A DNA stretch of 32,000 nt, taken from positions 1,890,001 to 1,922,000 of the forward strand of contig JAIZWK010000001.1 of NCBI GenBank assembly GCA_021498095.1. Direction: 5' to 3'. Made by a program: the position numbers and the translations under genes. Origin of the DNA: Candidatus Harpocratesius repetitus (GTDB taxonomy: Archaea > Asgardarchaeota > Lokiarchaeia > Sigyniarchaeales > Promethearchaeaceae). This document shows positions 1 through 9,100 of the stretch, one piece after another. How positions within the stretch are numbered: the first letter of the stretch is position 1; every line of letters starts with the position of its first letter. Under the pieces are notes generated by a model. The model had not been told where the DNA came from. It ran no database searches and worked only from the letters and a program-made list of their open reading frames with translations.

Positions 1-97
1 CTTTTTTGATTTTGCCTTGTTTATTAACCGTAGTTTTCACAAGGTCTAAGACTTTAGTTTTAAGAGCATCCGGAATTTCTATATCGATGTAGGACAT
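1..97 (-). CDS. rpl7ae: 50S ribosomal protein L7Ae, 5' part only (runs off the window start)
   Basis: Not in the ORF track. Manual translation from ATG at 97: MSYIDIEIPDALKTKVLDLVKTTVNKQGKIKK(G), matching the archaeal L7Ae N-terminus that leads into GKIKKGxNE. SD-like GAGGTTGA at 112-105. Confidence 0.85.
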   Translation of the reverse strand, partial: MSYIDIEIPDALKTKVLDLVKTTVNKQGKIKK

Positions 98-104
98 TTG
101 TGTG

Positions 105-171
105 TCAACCTCATTCAAAGTTGCCTAAAAGGGCTTCTTATCATTATTTCATCGGTTAAACGCATTTAACC
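105..171 (-). promoter_or_regulatory. Candidate kink-turn / alternative hairpin in the rpl7ae 5' leader
   Basis: Minus-strand RNA UAACC-GAU-GA-A (158-148) can pair with U-GA-GGUUG (113-106): C-stem, 3-nt bulge, tandem G.A pairs. The non-bulged strand is the SD. A perfect hairpin GGUUAAA-UGCG-UUUAACC (171-154) competes for the same AACC. Confidence 0.5.
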
Positions 172-271
172 AATAAAAGAGCAAAAGCAACGTAAAAATA
201 AAATTTTTCGGTTTGGTTATACTTATTTTAACACTGATAAAATAAATAAGAGAAAGAATAAATCCTTTTTC

Positions 272-1198
272 TTATTTTTCTTCTTCTTCATCTTCTGGGA
301 AAATTCTCTTCGCACATTCTGGACAAAGAGAGTGGGTGAACTTAATATTTGAAATCGAAGAAATATATGATTCAATTTGATTCCAATATCCATCATCAGT
401 GCGAACTTTTTTACAGCTTGCGCATATGGGGATCATACTTTTAAGTTTATCAACTTCAAATTCTTTCTGTTTTTTCTCTGTTATATCGACATTACTTGCT
501 CGAATCCCCATGAATTCTCCCGTTTCTGAAATTATTTTAGTAGCAGTATGTGCAATCCAAACAATTTTGCCTGATTTACTTTTAATTCTAAATTCAATTG
601 TTTTTTTATTAAGAGAAAAAAAATTATGAAATAATGGAAGATCTTCAGGGAAAATAATTCGATCTAAAATATTTGGATCTGCATACCCTTCTTCTGGAGT
701 ATATCCTGTGATTGTTTCAAACGAAGGTGATATATACAGAAATCCTTTGATTGGGTGGTACCAATATTCCCAATTAACTGTATATTCGATAAAAAGGCGA
801 AATTTTTCTTCTGATTTAGCAATTTTTTCAAAATTTTCTGCGTTTTGTAAACTGAGTGCTAATACTTTAGTAACTAGAAGTGCAGGGGTAAGATATCGCT
901 TGCGATATTCTGGAAACTTGAAATCTTTCATATAAATAAATCCGAAATGATGTTCATTCCTTTTTATTGGGATAATTAATGCTGTTTCGTTCAATATCCA
1001 CACAAATGGTGTATTTTCAAGTTCACGACAGTGAGATTTTAAGTCTTCTGGAAGTTTCTTATAAAATTCAATAATTTTTGGTGCAAAAAGCATTTGAAAA
1101 ACTTCCTTGCTTTTTTTCAAAATGTTATCTTTTTTTGCAAATTGAGTGATTTTTGTAATCATATCTAATACAAATGCAAAGTCTGCAATCTGGTTCAA
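272..1198 (-). CDS. PAS/PAC sensor protein with an N-terminal GAF-like remnant and a C-terminal CxxC...HxxCxxC motif
   Basis: PAS signature (NWEYW...YISPSFETITGY...EFRIKSKSGKIVWI...GIRASNVDITEKK). The tail IPICASCKKVRTDDGYWNQIESYI...FTHSLCPECA is a conserved Cys-rich terminus familiar from anaerobe sensor proteins. No kinase domain. The TTG start is uncertain. Confidence 0.8.
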   Translation of the reverse strand: MNQIADFAFVLDMITKITQFAKKDNILKKSKEVFQMLFAPKIIEFYKKLPEDLKSHCRELENTPFVWILNETALIIPIKRNEHHFGFIYMKDFKFPEYRKRYLTPALLVTKVLALSLQNAENFEKIAKSEEKFRLFIEYTVNWEYWYHPIKGFLYISPSFETITGYTPEEGYADPNILDRIIFPEDLPLFHNFFSLNKKTIEFRIKSKSGKIVWIAHTATKIISETGEFMGIRASNVDITEKKQKEFEVDKLKSMIPICASCKKVRTDDGYWNQIESYISSISNIKFTHSLCPECAKRIFPEDEEEEK

Positions 1199-1251
1199 TT
1201 CTTGTTCATCTCTGTTTGAAAATGGATTTAAAAAATAAATTTTTTACAATT

Positions 1252-2277
1252 TTAATTTAGTGGATATTTTGCTGAATGATGGAAAAAATGGGAAATTGTG
1301 CTTAAGATTTCATCTGAAACAAAATAAGGAATTTCTCCATGATGATCTGAGACAATGAATCCTTTTCCAGGAGAAATTAAACTCATTAATGCCTTTAATT
1401 CTTTAATTACTTGTGCAGGGGTGGCATGCACCAGATGGATTCCACTAAGATTACCAACTAAAGCTACTTTTTTATCAACTATTTTTAAACTTTCTTTAAT
1501 TTTATCCTGTTTTGAAATACCTACTCCTGAAATGGGTAATTGTAATAACTCTGGAAGAACTTCTTGACAACGACTTGAAGCGAAATGGTAAACAATTGGT
1601 GCTTTGATTTTTGGAAGTATTTCTTTTGCTATTTGATAGCCTGTTTCAATAAATTTTGATTTAGGGATAATAAAAGGACTTGACATTGGATCAAAATAGA
1701 TGATCATAGTAGCTCCCGCTTCAATCTGTCGATTTGCCCAATCTATTGCATATTTTATATTTTTCTTCATTAAATCTTCAAATGTTGATAAATCTTGATA
1801 TAATAATTCTATGTATTTATTAAATCCCATCCGCATTATTGGAAAGGAAAATGGAGAAAGAATTCCTCCTACAACTGGAACTGAATCTCCGAAATATTCG
1901 TGAAGCCCTTTAATTGTTTTTAATGTTTCAATAAATTCAGGAATTTCATCAATTTGCGGTGGTTCTATTGAGATTATTGAATTTGGATTTGATAAGATAG
2001 GGCGCATTGAATTTGGAGGACCATCTGAAAAAAATTTTATTTTTCCTCCCCATGCTTTAAATTCTGCAGCAAAATATGATATCCCAATTACTGCATCATC
2101 TCTATATTGTTTCCAGAGTCTTTTTTGGCCTTCAATCATATACTCTGATTTTGAATAATATTCTTTAATTGATAAATTAAGAATCTTCGCACCATGATGT
2201 GTTAAATTAAGAATGAAAGGGATTCTATCGAGATCATGACATTGTACTGCTGCAAATATACGTTCCATTGAATTCAC
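1252..2277 (-). CDS. Uroporphyrinogen decarboxylase/MtaA-fold protein (methylcobamide methyltransferase-like)
   Basis: MERIFAAV...DRIP, VGGILSPFS, AGATMIIYFDP, LVGNL, PGKGFIVS. Start re-assigned to GTG at 2277 (GGAGG 7 nt upstream; TAGTG overlap with the upstream stop). The ORF-track extension to 2556 overlaps the corrinoid gene and is probably not real. Confidence 0.8.
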   Translation of the reverse strand: MNSMERIFAAVQCHDLDRIPFILNLTHHGAKILNLSIKEYYSKSEYMIEGQKRLWKQYRDDAVIGISYFAAEFKAWGGKIKFFSDGPPNSMRPILSNPNSIISIEPPQIDEIPEFIETLKTIKGLHEYFGDSVPVVGGILSPFSFPIMRMGFNKYIELLYQDLSTFEDLMKKNIKYAIDWANRQIEAGATMIIYFDPMSSPFIIPKSKFIETGYQIAKEILPKIKAPIVYHFASSRCQEVLPELLQLPISGVGISKQDKIKESLKIVDKKVALVGNLSGIHLVHATPAQVIKELKALMSLISPGKGFIVSDHHGEIPYFVSDEILSTISHFFHHSAKYPLN

Positions 2278-2948
2278 TATAATCCCTCCGATGTTGATGC
2301 TTGAGAAGATTGGATTGTTTGAAAATGTTGATCCAAAATAGGTATAATCGAATATGGCGACATTCCTGATCCATCTGCTCCTATTCTTTCCCATAGATCT
2401 GTTTGTAGATTGAATGGAGCACCTCCTACAAAAATTTTGATATTTGGGTTTATTTTGCGAAGAGATTGAATTGTATTTTTTAAATGCTTTGCTGATGCCA
2501 ACATAAGTGTCGATATCAATAGTAGAGTAATTTGCTTTGATGATACATAGTTGCATAACTCTTCTTCAGTAAGTCCAATTCCTAAATTAATAACTTGAAA
2601 TCCTGCCATTCGTAGTGTTGAATTTAAAATTAATAAACCTAGTGCATGATAATCTTCATAAACACAAGTATATACTTTTTTATTCCATTTTTGATTTCTG
2701 ATTGTATCATTATTTTTTGAATTTTTAAGATGTAATTCAATTTCCATTTCTATTAATTTTCCCGCCATATAAACTTGCGACAACGCAATTCTTTCTTGTT
2801 CCCACTTTTTACCTATTGATTCCATTACTGTACGAATAATTCCTAATATTTTTGGCAGTGTAAAATTTTGAGAAAGCATTTTTTGAAAAATATCATGAAC
2901 ATTTTGATAATTCACTTCAATTAATGCTTCCTCTAATTTTTCTTTCAT
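2277..2948 (-). CDS. Cobalamin (corrinoid)-binding protein, MtaC/MetH cap plus B12-binding domains
   Basis: Cap-domain motif (MESIGKKWEQERIALSQVYMAGK) and complete B12-binding motif D-Y-H-A-L-G ... S-T-L-M ... VGGAPF. SD AGGTG upstream. Confidence 0.9.
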   Translation of the reverse strand: MKEKLEEALIEVNYQNVHDIFQKMLSQNFTLPKILGIIRTVMESIGKKWEQERIALSQVYMAGKLIEMEIELHLKNSKNNDTIRNQKWNKKVYTCVYEDYHALGLLILNSTLRMAGFQVINLGIGLTEEELCNYVSSKQITLLLISTLMLASAKHLKNTIQSLRKINPNIKIFVGGAPFNLQTDLWERIGADGSGMSPYSIIPILDQHFQTIQSSQASTSEGL

Positions 2949-3131
2949 TGTTTACACCTATGCCATTTTCAGTTTTTGATCTTTATTTATAAATTAACTA
3001 GTATAAATATTCCAATTTTTTATTGAAAAGTAGATAAAAATGTGATATTTTTTTAATGAATAAGATGCGTTTTTTAAAAAGTATTAAAACAAAAAAATGG
3101 ATAGATAATTTTTGAATAAAATGAATTTCTC

Positions 3132-3314
3132 TTATTTCTCTCCGAAGTAATTGGTCCAACGAACTTTTCTGGCAGGTTTTCGGTATTTCAATCTCATAGT
3201 TTTGCATTTTTTAGTGCAGAATTGATAAATTGTACCATCATTTTTTACATATGTAGTACCAGTTCCTGGGTGAATTTCTTTACCACAATATGAACATTTT
3301 AATATTTTAACCAT
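3132..3314 (-). CDS. rpl24e: 50S ribosomal protein L24e
   Basis: CSYCGKEIHPGTGTTYVKNDG...FCTKKC...RKVRWT. Start placed at ATG 3314, after SD-like GGAAGTGA. Confidence 0.96.
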   Translation of the reverse strand: MVKILKCSYCGKEIHPGTGTTYVKNDGTIYQFCTKKCKTMRLKYRKPARKVRWTNYFGEK

Positions 3315-3361
3315 TTGAATCACTTCCATAAATTCAGAATTTTCTCATTTCTATTGAGTAT

Positions 3362-3784
3362 TTATTCCGAATCTGCCTCCTTTTTTGGAGTAAAGAGTTT
3401 CTCTTTACCATATTTGACAACAACCGTATTGATTTGGGTCATGTTATCGGTGATTTCATTACCTCGTACAATTTTTCTCTTCTTTTCACCTTTATGCTTG
3501 GGATGATAGCAAGGACCTTTGCTTAAAAGAATTCTTTTTTTTACTGGACCGTGCACGTCTCTGCGCATGGGAATTCCGCCAGCATCGCTACCACCAGTAA
3601 TTTTTAACTGATAGCCGGGTAATCCGATAATTCCACCATTAAAGGTTTCACCGATTGCTTTTCCAATTAAAGGTTGAAACTTGGTTGGCTCTAAAACTAA
3701 GACTTTGGTCTGCCCTCGAAATTCTTCTGGGGCATCTTTTCCTGCAGCGGAAATATTTATTTTATAAGTTCCTTCTTCGCTCAT
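3362..3784 (-). CDS. rps6e: 30S ribosomal protein S6e
   Basis: LIGKAIGETFNG...LPGYQLKITGGSDAGGIPMRRDVHGP...GEKKRKIVRGNEI...QINTVVV. Start placed at ATG 3784, after GGTGA. Confidence 0.96.
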   Translation of the reverse strand: MSEEGTYKINISAAGKDAPEEFRGQTKVLVLEPTKFQPLIGKAIGETFNGGIIGLPGYQLKITGGSDAGGIPMRRDVHGPVKKRILLSKGPCYHPKHKGEKKRKIVRGNEITDNMTQINTVVVKYGKEKLFTPKKEADSE

Positions 3785-3799
3785 AATTGTCACCACATT

Positions 3800-3827
3800 G
3801 TCAGGTTGTTATTGAAACAACCCAGAC
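3800..3827 (-). other. Stem-loop in the rps6e leader
   Basis: Minus strand GUC(U)GGGUUGUU-UCAAU-AACAACCUGAC: 11 bp including one G-U pair, plus one bulged U. It ends 15 nt before the start codon. Confidence 0.45.
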
Positions 3828-3992
3828 CGTCCCTCACGAGATAAAATTATACTCAATGTTAGTTTTAATCATCGTTCCTTAGTTTCAGGATTTTGAAGGA
3901 GTGGGTTCTAAATATTAAAATGCAGCAAAATAAAAAAAATTTTGGATTTGTGAAGTTATTATCGCAAATAGAAAATGGATTTACTTCCTTTT

Positions 3993-5786
3993 CTATAAAG
4001 CCCAATATTGAGATTCAATTTTCCGCATGATTTTTACATATTCAATTAAAACATCGACTGTATCAGGCGTTAATTCACTGCGATATTTTGTTCGTAACAA
4101 ACGAATATCTCCTTCAGGTGATCGAATAAATAATTTATCGGTTTCTTGGACATTTCGGCCTAATACAGCTCCTGTAATTGATATTGCGACTTCGTCACCT
4201 TTTTTAGCTGAATGAATTGGCTTGTTATTCATGGTAATTGAATGTAGAGTTCCAACCACTTTTCCATCTTGATTAATCAGTTTTTGTTTTGGAATAATTA
4301 CTCCTCCTTCAACACGGACTCCAACAACCATTGGATTTGATCTTCGGAAGATATACTGAGGTAGTATGCTAATTTTTCCTGGTAAAATTAAATCCTTCAT
4401 CGCTTTTGCTATTTCATCGTTTTTTCTCTTTTCCATATATTCAATATATTCTTCTACAATTTGATAAATCACTGGGCTTGAAAAAATTCGGATTCCTTGA
4501 TTTTGTGCTTCAATTTCAGCATCGGGGAGAATTTTAACGTTAAAACCGCATATTTGTCCTGAATATTCGTCAAGCTCTCGCGCAGCAACAGCATTCATTA
4601 TATCCTTTTTAGTGATTGCTCCAACTTGAGCCTTTCTTATTGGTATCTGATATTGATGAAACAAACCAGCTGCAGCTTCTAAAGAACCCAAAGTATCTGC
4701 TTTTAAAATAATTCCTTCTTCATCTGTGCTAATATTTATGGTTTCAAGTTCTTCTTCAACAGCTTTAATAACTTTTTCAAGATTTTCTTCAGAATCTACT
4801 GCTCTTATAGGTGATCCTGCAACCACATCTTCAATATTAGGTGCTAAAATCTTAACTCCTGCTGCAGCATAAACTACGTCATTTTGCTGGAATTTATTAG
4901 TTGGATCTCGAATTTCATCCATATCTTTTGGAGTTAACAAGGCACGCACATGAGTAGTAATTGGTCCATTTGTGCTTCCCACAACAATTGTCTGCCCTTT
5001 TGCTAGATGTCCATCGAATATAATTGTATCCAATGTCATTCCAAAACCTTGTTCTTTTTTTACTTCTAGGACAACACCTTGAGCAGGACCATCTGTATAT
5101 TTAATTTTATGTTGAAGATATTGTTGTACAATTCCTAATAAAACCATTAACAATGTTGGAATACCTTCTCCTGTTTTAGCACTTGTTGGAACAATAGCAA
5201 GATTTTTAGTGAAATCTGAAATTCGATCATAACGTTCTATTCCAGGAAATCCTTCTTCATAAAATAATCCAATTGTCTCATAAATATATTTGTCGAGAAG
5301 TTCTTTTGCCCATTTGCTTTGTTTATTGTAAGTTTGAATGAAATCAGCATTTGGGATTGATTTCCAACCATCAATTCGATCAATTTTATTTGCCGCGATG
5401 ATAAAAGGTACCTTGCGCTCCCGCAAAATTCGGACTGCTTCCCACGTTGTCTGCATTGGACCTGTTGGCATTTCAATCACTAAAATAGCAACATCTGCTA
5501 CTGCTCCTCCACGCTTTCGAAGGTTCATAAATGCTGTATGGCCTGGAGTATCAATAATTAATAATCCTGGAATGGTTATTTTTTCCCTAAGAGCTTTATT
5601 TGCTTTGCAAAAATCTAATATTTCAGACATTGGGAAAAAGGAGGCTCCGATATGTTGAGTGATACCTGCAGCTTCTCGCTGTTGTACAACTGTCCCCCGA
5701 ATATAATCGAGAAGAGATGTTTTTCCATGATCAATATGCCCTAAAACAGTAATAATTGGTGCTCGAATTTGTTTAGAATGTGACAT
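3993..5786 (-). CDS. infB: Translation initiation factor IF-2 / aIF5B
   Basis: IRAPIITVLGHIDHGKTSLLD, EAAGITQHIGA, DTPGHTAF, ANKIDR, ADTLGSLEA, FRRSNP. Confidence 0.98.
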   Translation of the reverse strand: MSHSKQIRAPIITVLGHIDHGKTSLLDYIRGTVVQQREAAGITQHIGASFFPMSEILDFCKANKALREKITIPGLLIIDTPGHTAFMNLRKRGGAVADVAILVIEMPTGPMQTTWEAVRILRERKVPFIIAANKIDRIDGWKSIPNADFIQTYNKQSKWAKELLDKYIYETIGLFYEEGFPGIERYDRISDFTKNLAIVPTSAKTGEGIPTLLMVLLGIVQQYLQHKIKYTDGPAQGVVLEVKKEQGFGMTLDTIIFDGHLAKGQTIVVGSTNGPITTHVRALLTPKDMDEIRDPTNKFQQNDVVYAAAGVKILAPNIEDVVAGSPIRAVDSEENLEKVIKAVEEELETINISTDEEGIILKADTLGSLEAAAGLFHQYQIPIRKAQVGAITKKDIMNAVAARELDEYSGQICGFNVKILPDAEIEAQNQGIRIFSSPVIYQIVEEYIEYMEKRKNDEIAKAMKDLILPGKISILPQYIFRRSNPMVVGVRVEGGVIIPKQKLINQDGKVVGTLHSITMNNKPIHSAKKGDEVAISITGAVLGRNVQETDKLFIRSPEGDIRLLRTKYRSELTPDTVDVLIEYVKIMRKIESQYWAL

Positions 5787-6101
5787 AAGAATTCCTCCTT
5801 TGAAACAATTGAAATAAGTGATAATAATTCATTAATTTTTTCTTAACTTTGAAATCTCCTTAGTTTTTTTTTATTTATCATTTTATCGATGATTGAACGT
5901 AATAAATTTATACACTTGCAATTATTGTGCAGATAAAAAAGAGATTTTGTACACCAAATGAGAAAAAATAATTTAAACATAGTTTTTTACATTGTTCTTT
6001 GATTTCACTAAAAGGATAAATATTTTAGAGTGAAACGAAAATCTATAATTTAATAGTAAATAAGAATAGTGTAAGAAAGTTTTGTAAAGAAGGAATAAAA
6101 T

Positions 6102-9100
6102 ATGTCTCTGAAAGAAAGAATCCCTAAAATTTATGAGCATTATGGCCTTTCTGAAGCTGAATTAGATGTTTATACAGTAATTTTAAAATATACGCAAGTA
6201 ACAGTTTCAGAAATTGCAGGAATTTTGAATAAAAACAATTTAATGGAAATTCAACCAATTGTGGATAAATTAGAGCAGTTAAAATTCATTCATAAAATTC
6301 CTGGAATAGTAGATCGATATATTCCCCTCGAACCTTATTTAGAACTATTTGAAAAGGAAGCGCTACATTTTCGAGATGTTATTTCTGAAATAAAAGACAA
6401 TGTTTTAAGCGATCAAGCTTCACGATTTGAAAATTTAGAGGATAGTGAAAATTCAACCACTGAACAAGTGAATTCATATGTTGAAACTCAAATTTCTGAT
6501 GTTTTTCGAGAAAGTGATCAACAAGATGTTGAGAAAAAGACTTTAATAGAAAATGCCATTAATCGATATACTGAAACAAGTAAATCATTAGAACAGCAAA
6601 TTGAACAATCTACTTTTCAAGCAAGAGATCAATTTGAATCCACTCGTGTGGAATACACTGAAAAGGTTAAAAATACTACAGAAAATGCAAGAGATAGATT
6701 AAAAGAATCTTGTAAAAATTTAGAAGATGAAATTCAAAAGGGACTGTTTTTAGCTAGAGATCGATTTCAAGAAACTACTTCTAAAGTAGAAGATGAAATC
6801 CAAACTATCATGTATAATAGTCGAGATCGTTATGAAAAAACATCATTAGACTTAGAAAAAGATTTACATGAGCATATCGATCATAATTATGATCAATTTA
6901 AAACTGCAGTTAATTCACATGATACACAAGTAAATCAGATAATAGATGATCACATTACCAAGTTTAAAACAGATAAAGATAATTTTAATGCTCAAATCGA
7001 TGATTTCACCACTTCACATAAAACTCAATATCAAGAATTTGAAGTTGAAATGCATGGAATGATTGATGAATTAAATCAAGATCTAAAGCAAATTGCTGAA
7101 GAGTTTAAACAAACTTATGATAACACTACAGTAGATCACAAAAATACATGGAACCAAATTGTTGATGATATTTTGAAAGATTTTTCTGAGCGTGTTGATT
7201 CTTTAGAAAATGAGTGCAAACAACAATTGGATGAACATGTGGAATTACATAAAGAAAATGTCTCTGAACTGCATCCAAAAGTGAAGGAAACACTAGAAAA
7301 ATACCTAATGCGGATGAAGAATGTAGTTGATGATCTAAAAAATGAGTTTTCTAATTTGCTTACTAATCAAATTGAAAATAATAAGCTTTATACTGAAAAA
7401 ATTCAAAATGATATAAAAGAAAGAGTCGAAACACGCCACAGTGAATTAGCTGGTCAAGTACTTGCTTTCAAAAATGCTGCCATAGAATTGATGGATAATC
7501 TTAAAGATACAAGCGATCGATATGAAGGTTTGGCTCATGATCTTGCAAAACGCGGTAGTGCATGGAAAGCTTTGCTTTTTGGTAAACATAAGAAATTCTT
7601 AGAAAACTATAAAGAAATCCAAGAAAGAGTTGGAAAAATATCAGGTTCAATGAAAGCAAATTTTGAAGAAAGTACTGCTAATTATATCCAAAAAACAGGA
7701 GAAACAACCACTCAAATTAAAGAAGATATTGATTCGATTATCTCAACAGAAGTTCAAAAAATGACTTCAGATATAAAAGCTTTAGACACAAAACAAAAAG
7801 AAACATTGGGATTAGAATTAGGTGATCTTGCTCATGATCTTAATGAAGAAACCACATTACTTTTCCAAACTAATGTTGAACATTGTCAAACAACAACGAC
7901 TCAGCTTAAAGATAAGTTAGAAAATTCTCTACATACTCATCATGATGATTTTGAATTAGCTTTTAATAAACACAGACAAAATGTTCTTAAATTCAGCGAT
8001 GAAAGTAATTCAACTGCTAACGGCAAAATTGATCAATGGTATACTTCAATAGATTCTCGCCATGCATCTGGAAAACAAAAAGTTACTGGTATTGTGCAAG
8101 CACATGATCAGAATGTGGCAAATTACAAGCAACAAGTTATTTCTAACAATAATGAACATACAACATTATTAGCTACTGAAATGAGTGAATTCAAAAACCA
8201 ACAAAGGAAAGTATATGACACGCAACTTGATACCATTCGAAAGGATTTTGATTCAACTAAACAGACAATTTCTCAAAGTTTGCATAATCAAATTCAGCTT
8301 ATCAAAGACGATGTTCACAATTTAAATTCCATGCAACATCAAAAATTAGATGAACAAATTCAGCTGGTTAAAACAGAATTTGAAAAATTAAATGATTTAC
8401 AACATCAAAAATTAGATGAAGAAATTGCACTTTTTACAGAAGAAGTTGCTCAAATTAATAAGGTTCAACAAGAACAGATTGATAATCATATTGCTAAATT
8501 TAAAGAAATTATCCAATCACTTGATACAAAGCAAAAGAATGATATTGATTCACAAATTTCGTTAGTTACTGAAGAGTTTAACAAATTAGAGAATGATCTT
8601 CATGTGTTGTTAGAAAAACGGAAAGCTGATTATCAAGAAAAACTTAACAATTTGAAAACCGACTTGATTAAAACAATTCATGAAAACATCCAAGACACAA
8701 AGGATGCTATTGCTGATTTCACGCTTAACTTTATGAATTCAATTGATGAAGCAGTTGAAATTGCCGAAGAAGATGTAGATGAATTAAGTGCGATCAGTGA
8801 AGCTTCTCGCAACGTTCCTTCTTTAGGTCGAAGTGCAACTTGGCATGTATTTGGAACACAAGCATTAATTGAATCTATAATTGCTTCAATGAAACGAACA
8901 AAAAGCACCATAACAATCATTACTCCAACTGTAGAACCAAAAGTATTGGAAGCACTTTCACAAGTCGCTTATGAGAAGAAATCCGCGCGATTTTTATATA
9001 CTACAAATTGGGATTTAGGAAAATATGGTCCTATTGTTGAAAAAATGAAAGTTTTCGGAAATATTCAATTTAGGAATCTGAAAGGTGCTAACGACTTTTA

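Noticed and set aside
1252-2277. Annotation as hemE (true uroporphyrinogen decarboxylase) or mtaA
   Set aside because: It lacks RQAGR and the H-x-C...C ligands, so only the fold is supported.
2278-2556. N-terminal 93-aa extension of the 434-aa ORF
   Set aside because: It overlaps the corrinoid gene in another frame and does not look protein-like. There is a good SD and GTG start at 2277.
3801-3875. C/D-box sRNA (ACGATGA ... TTGA ... CTGA on the minus strand)
   Set aside because: Box C is imperfect, there is no convincing C' box, the second guide would be too long and self-paired, and no target could be checked.
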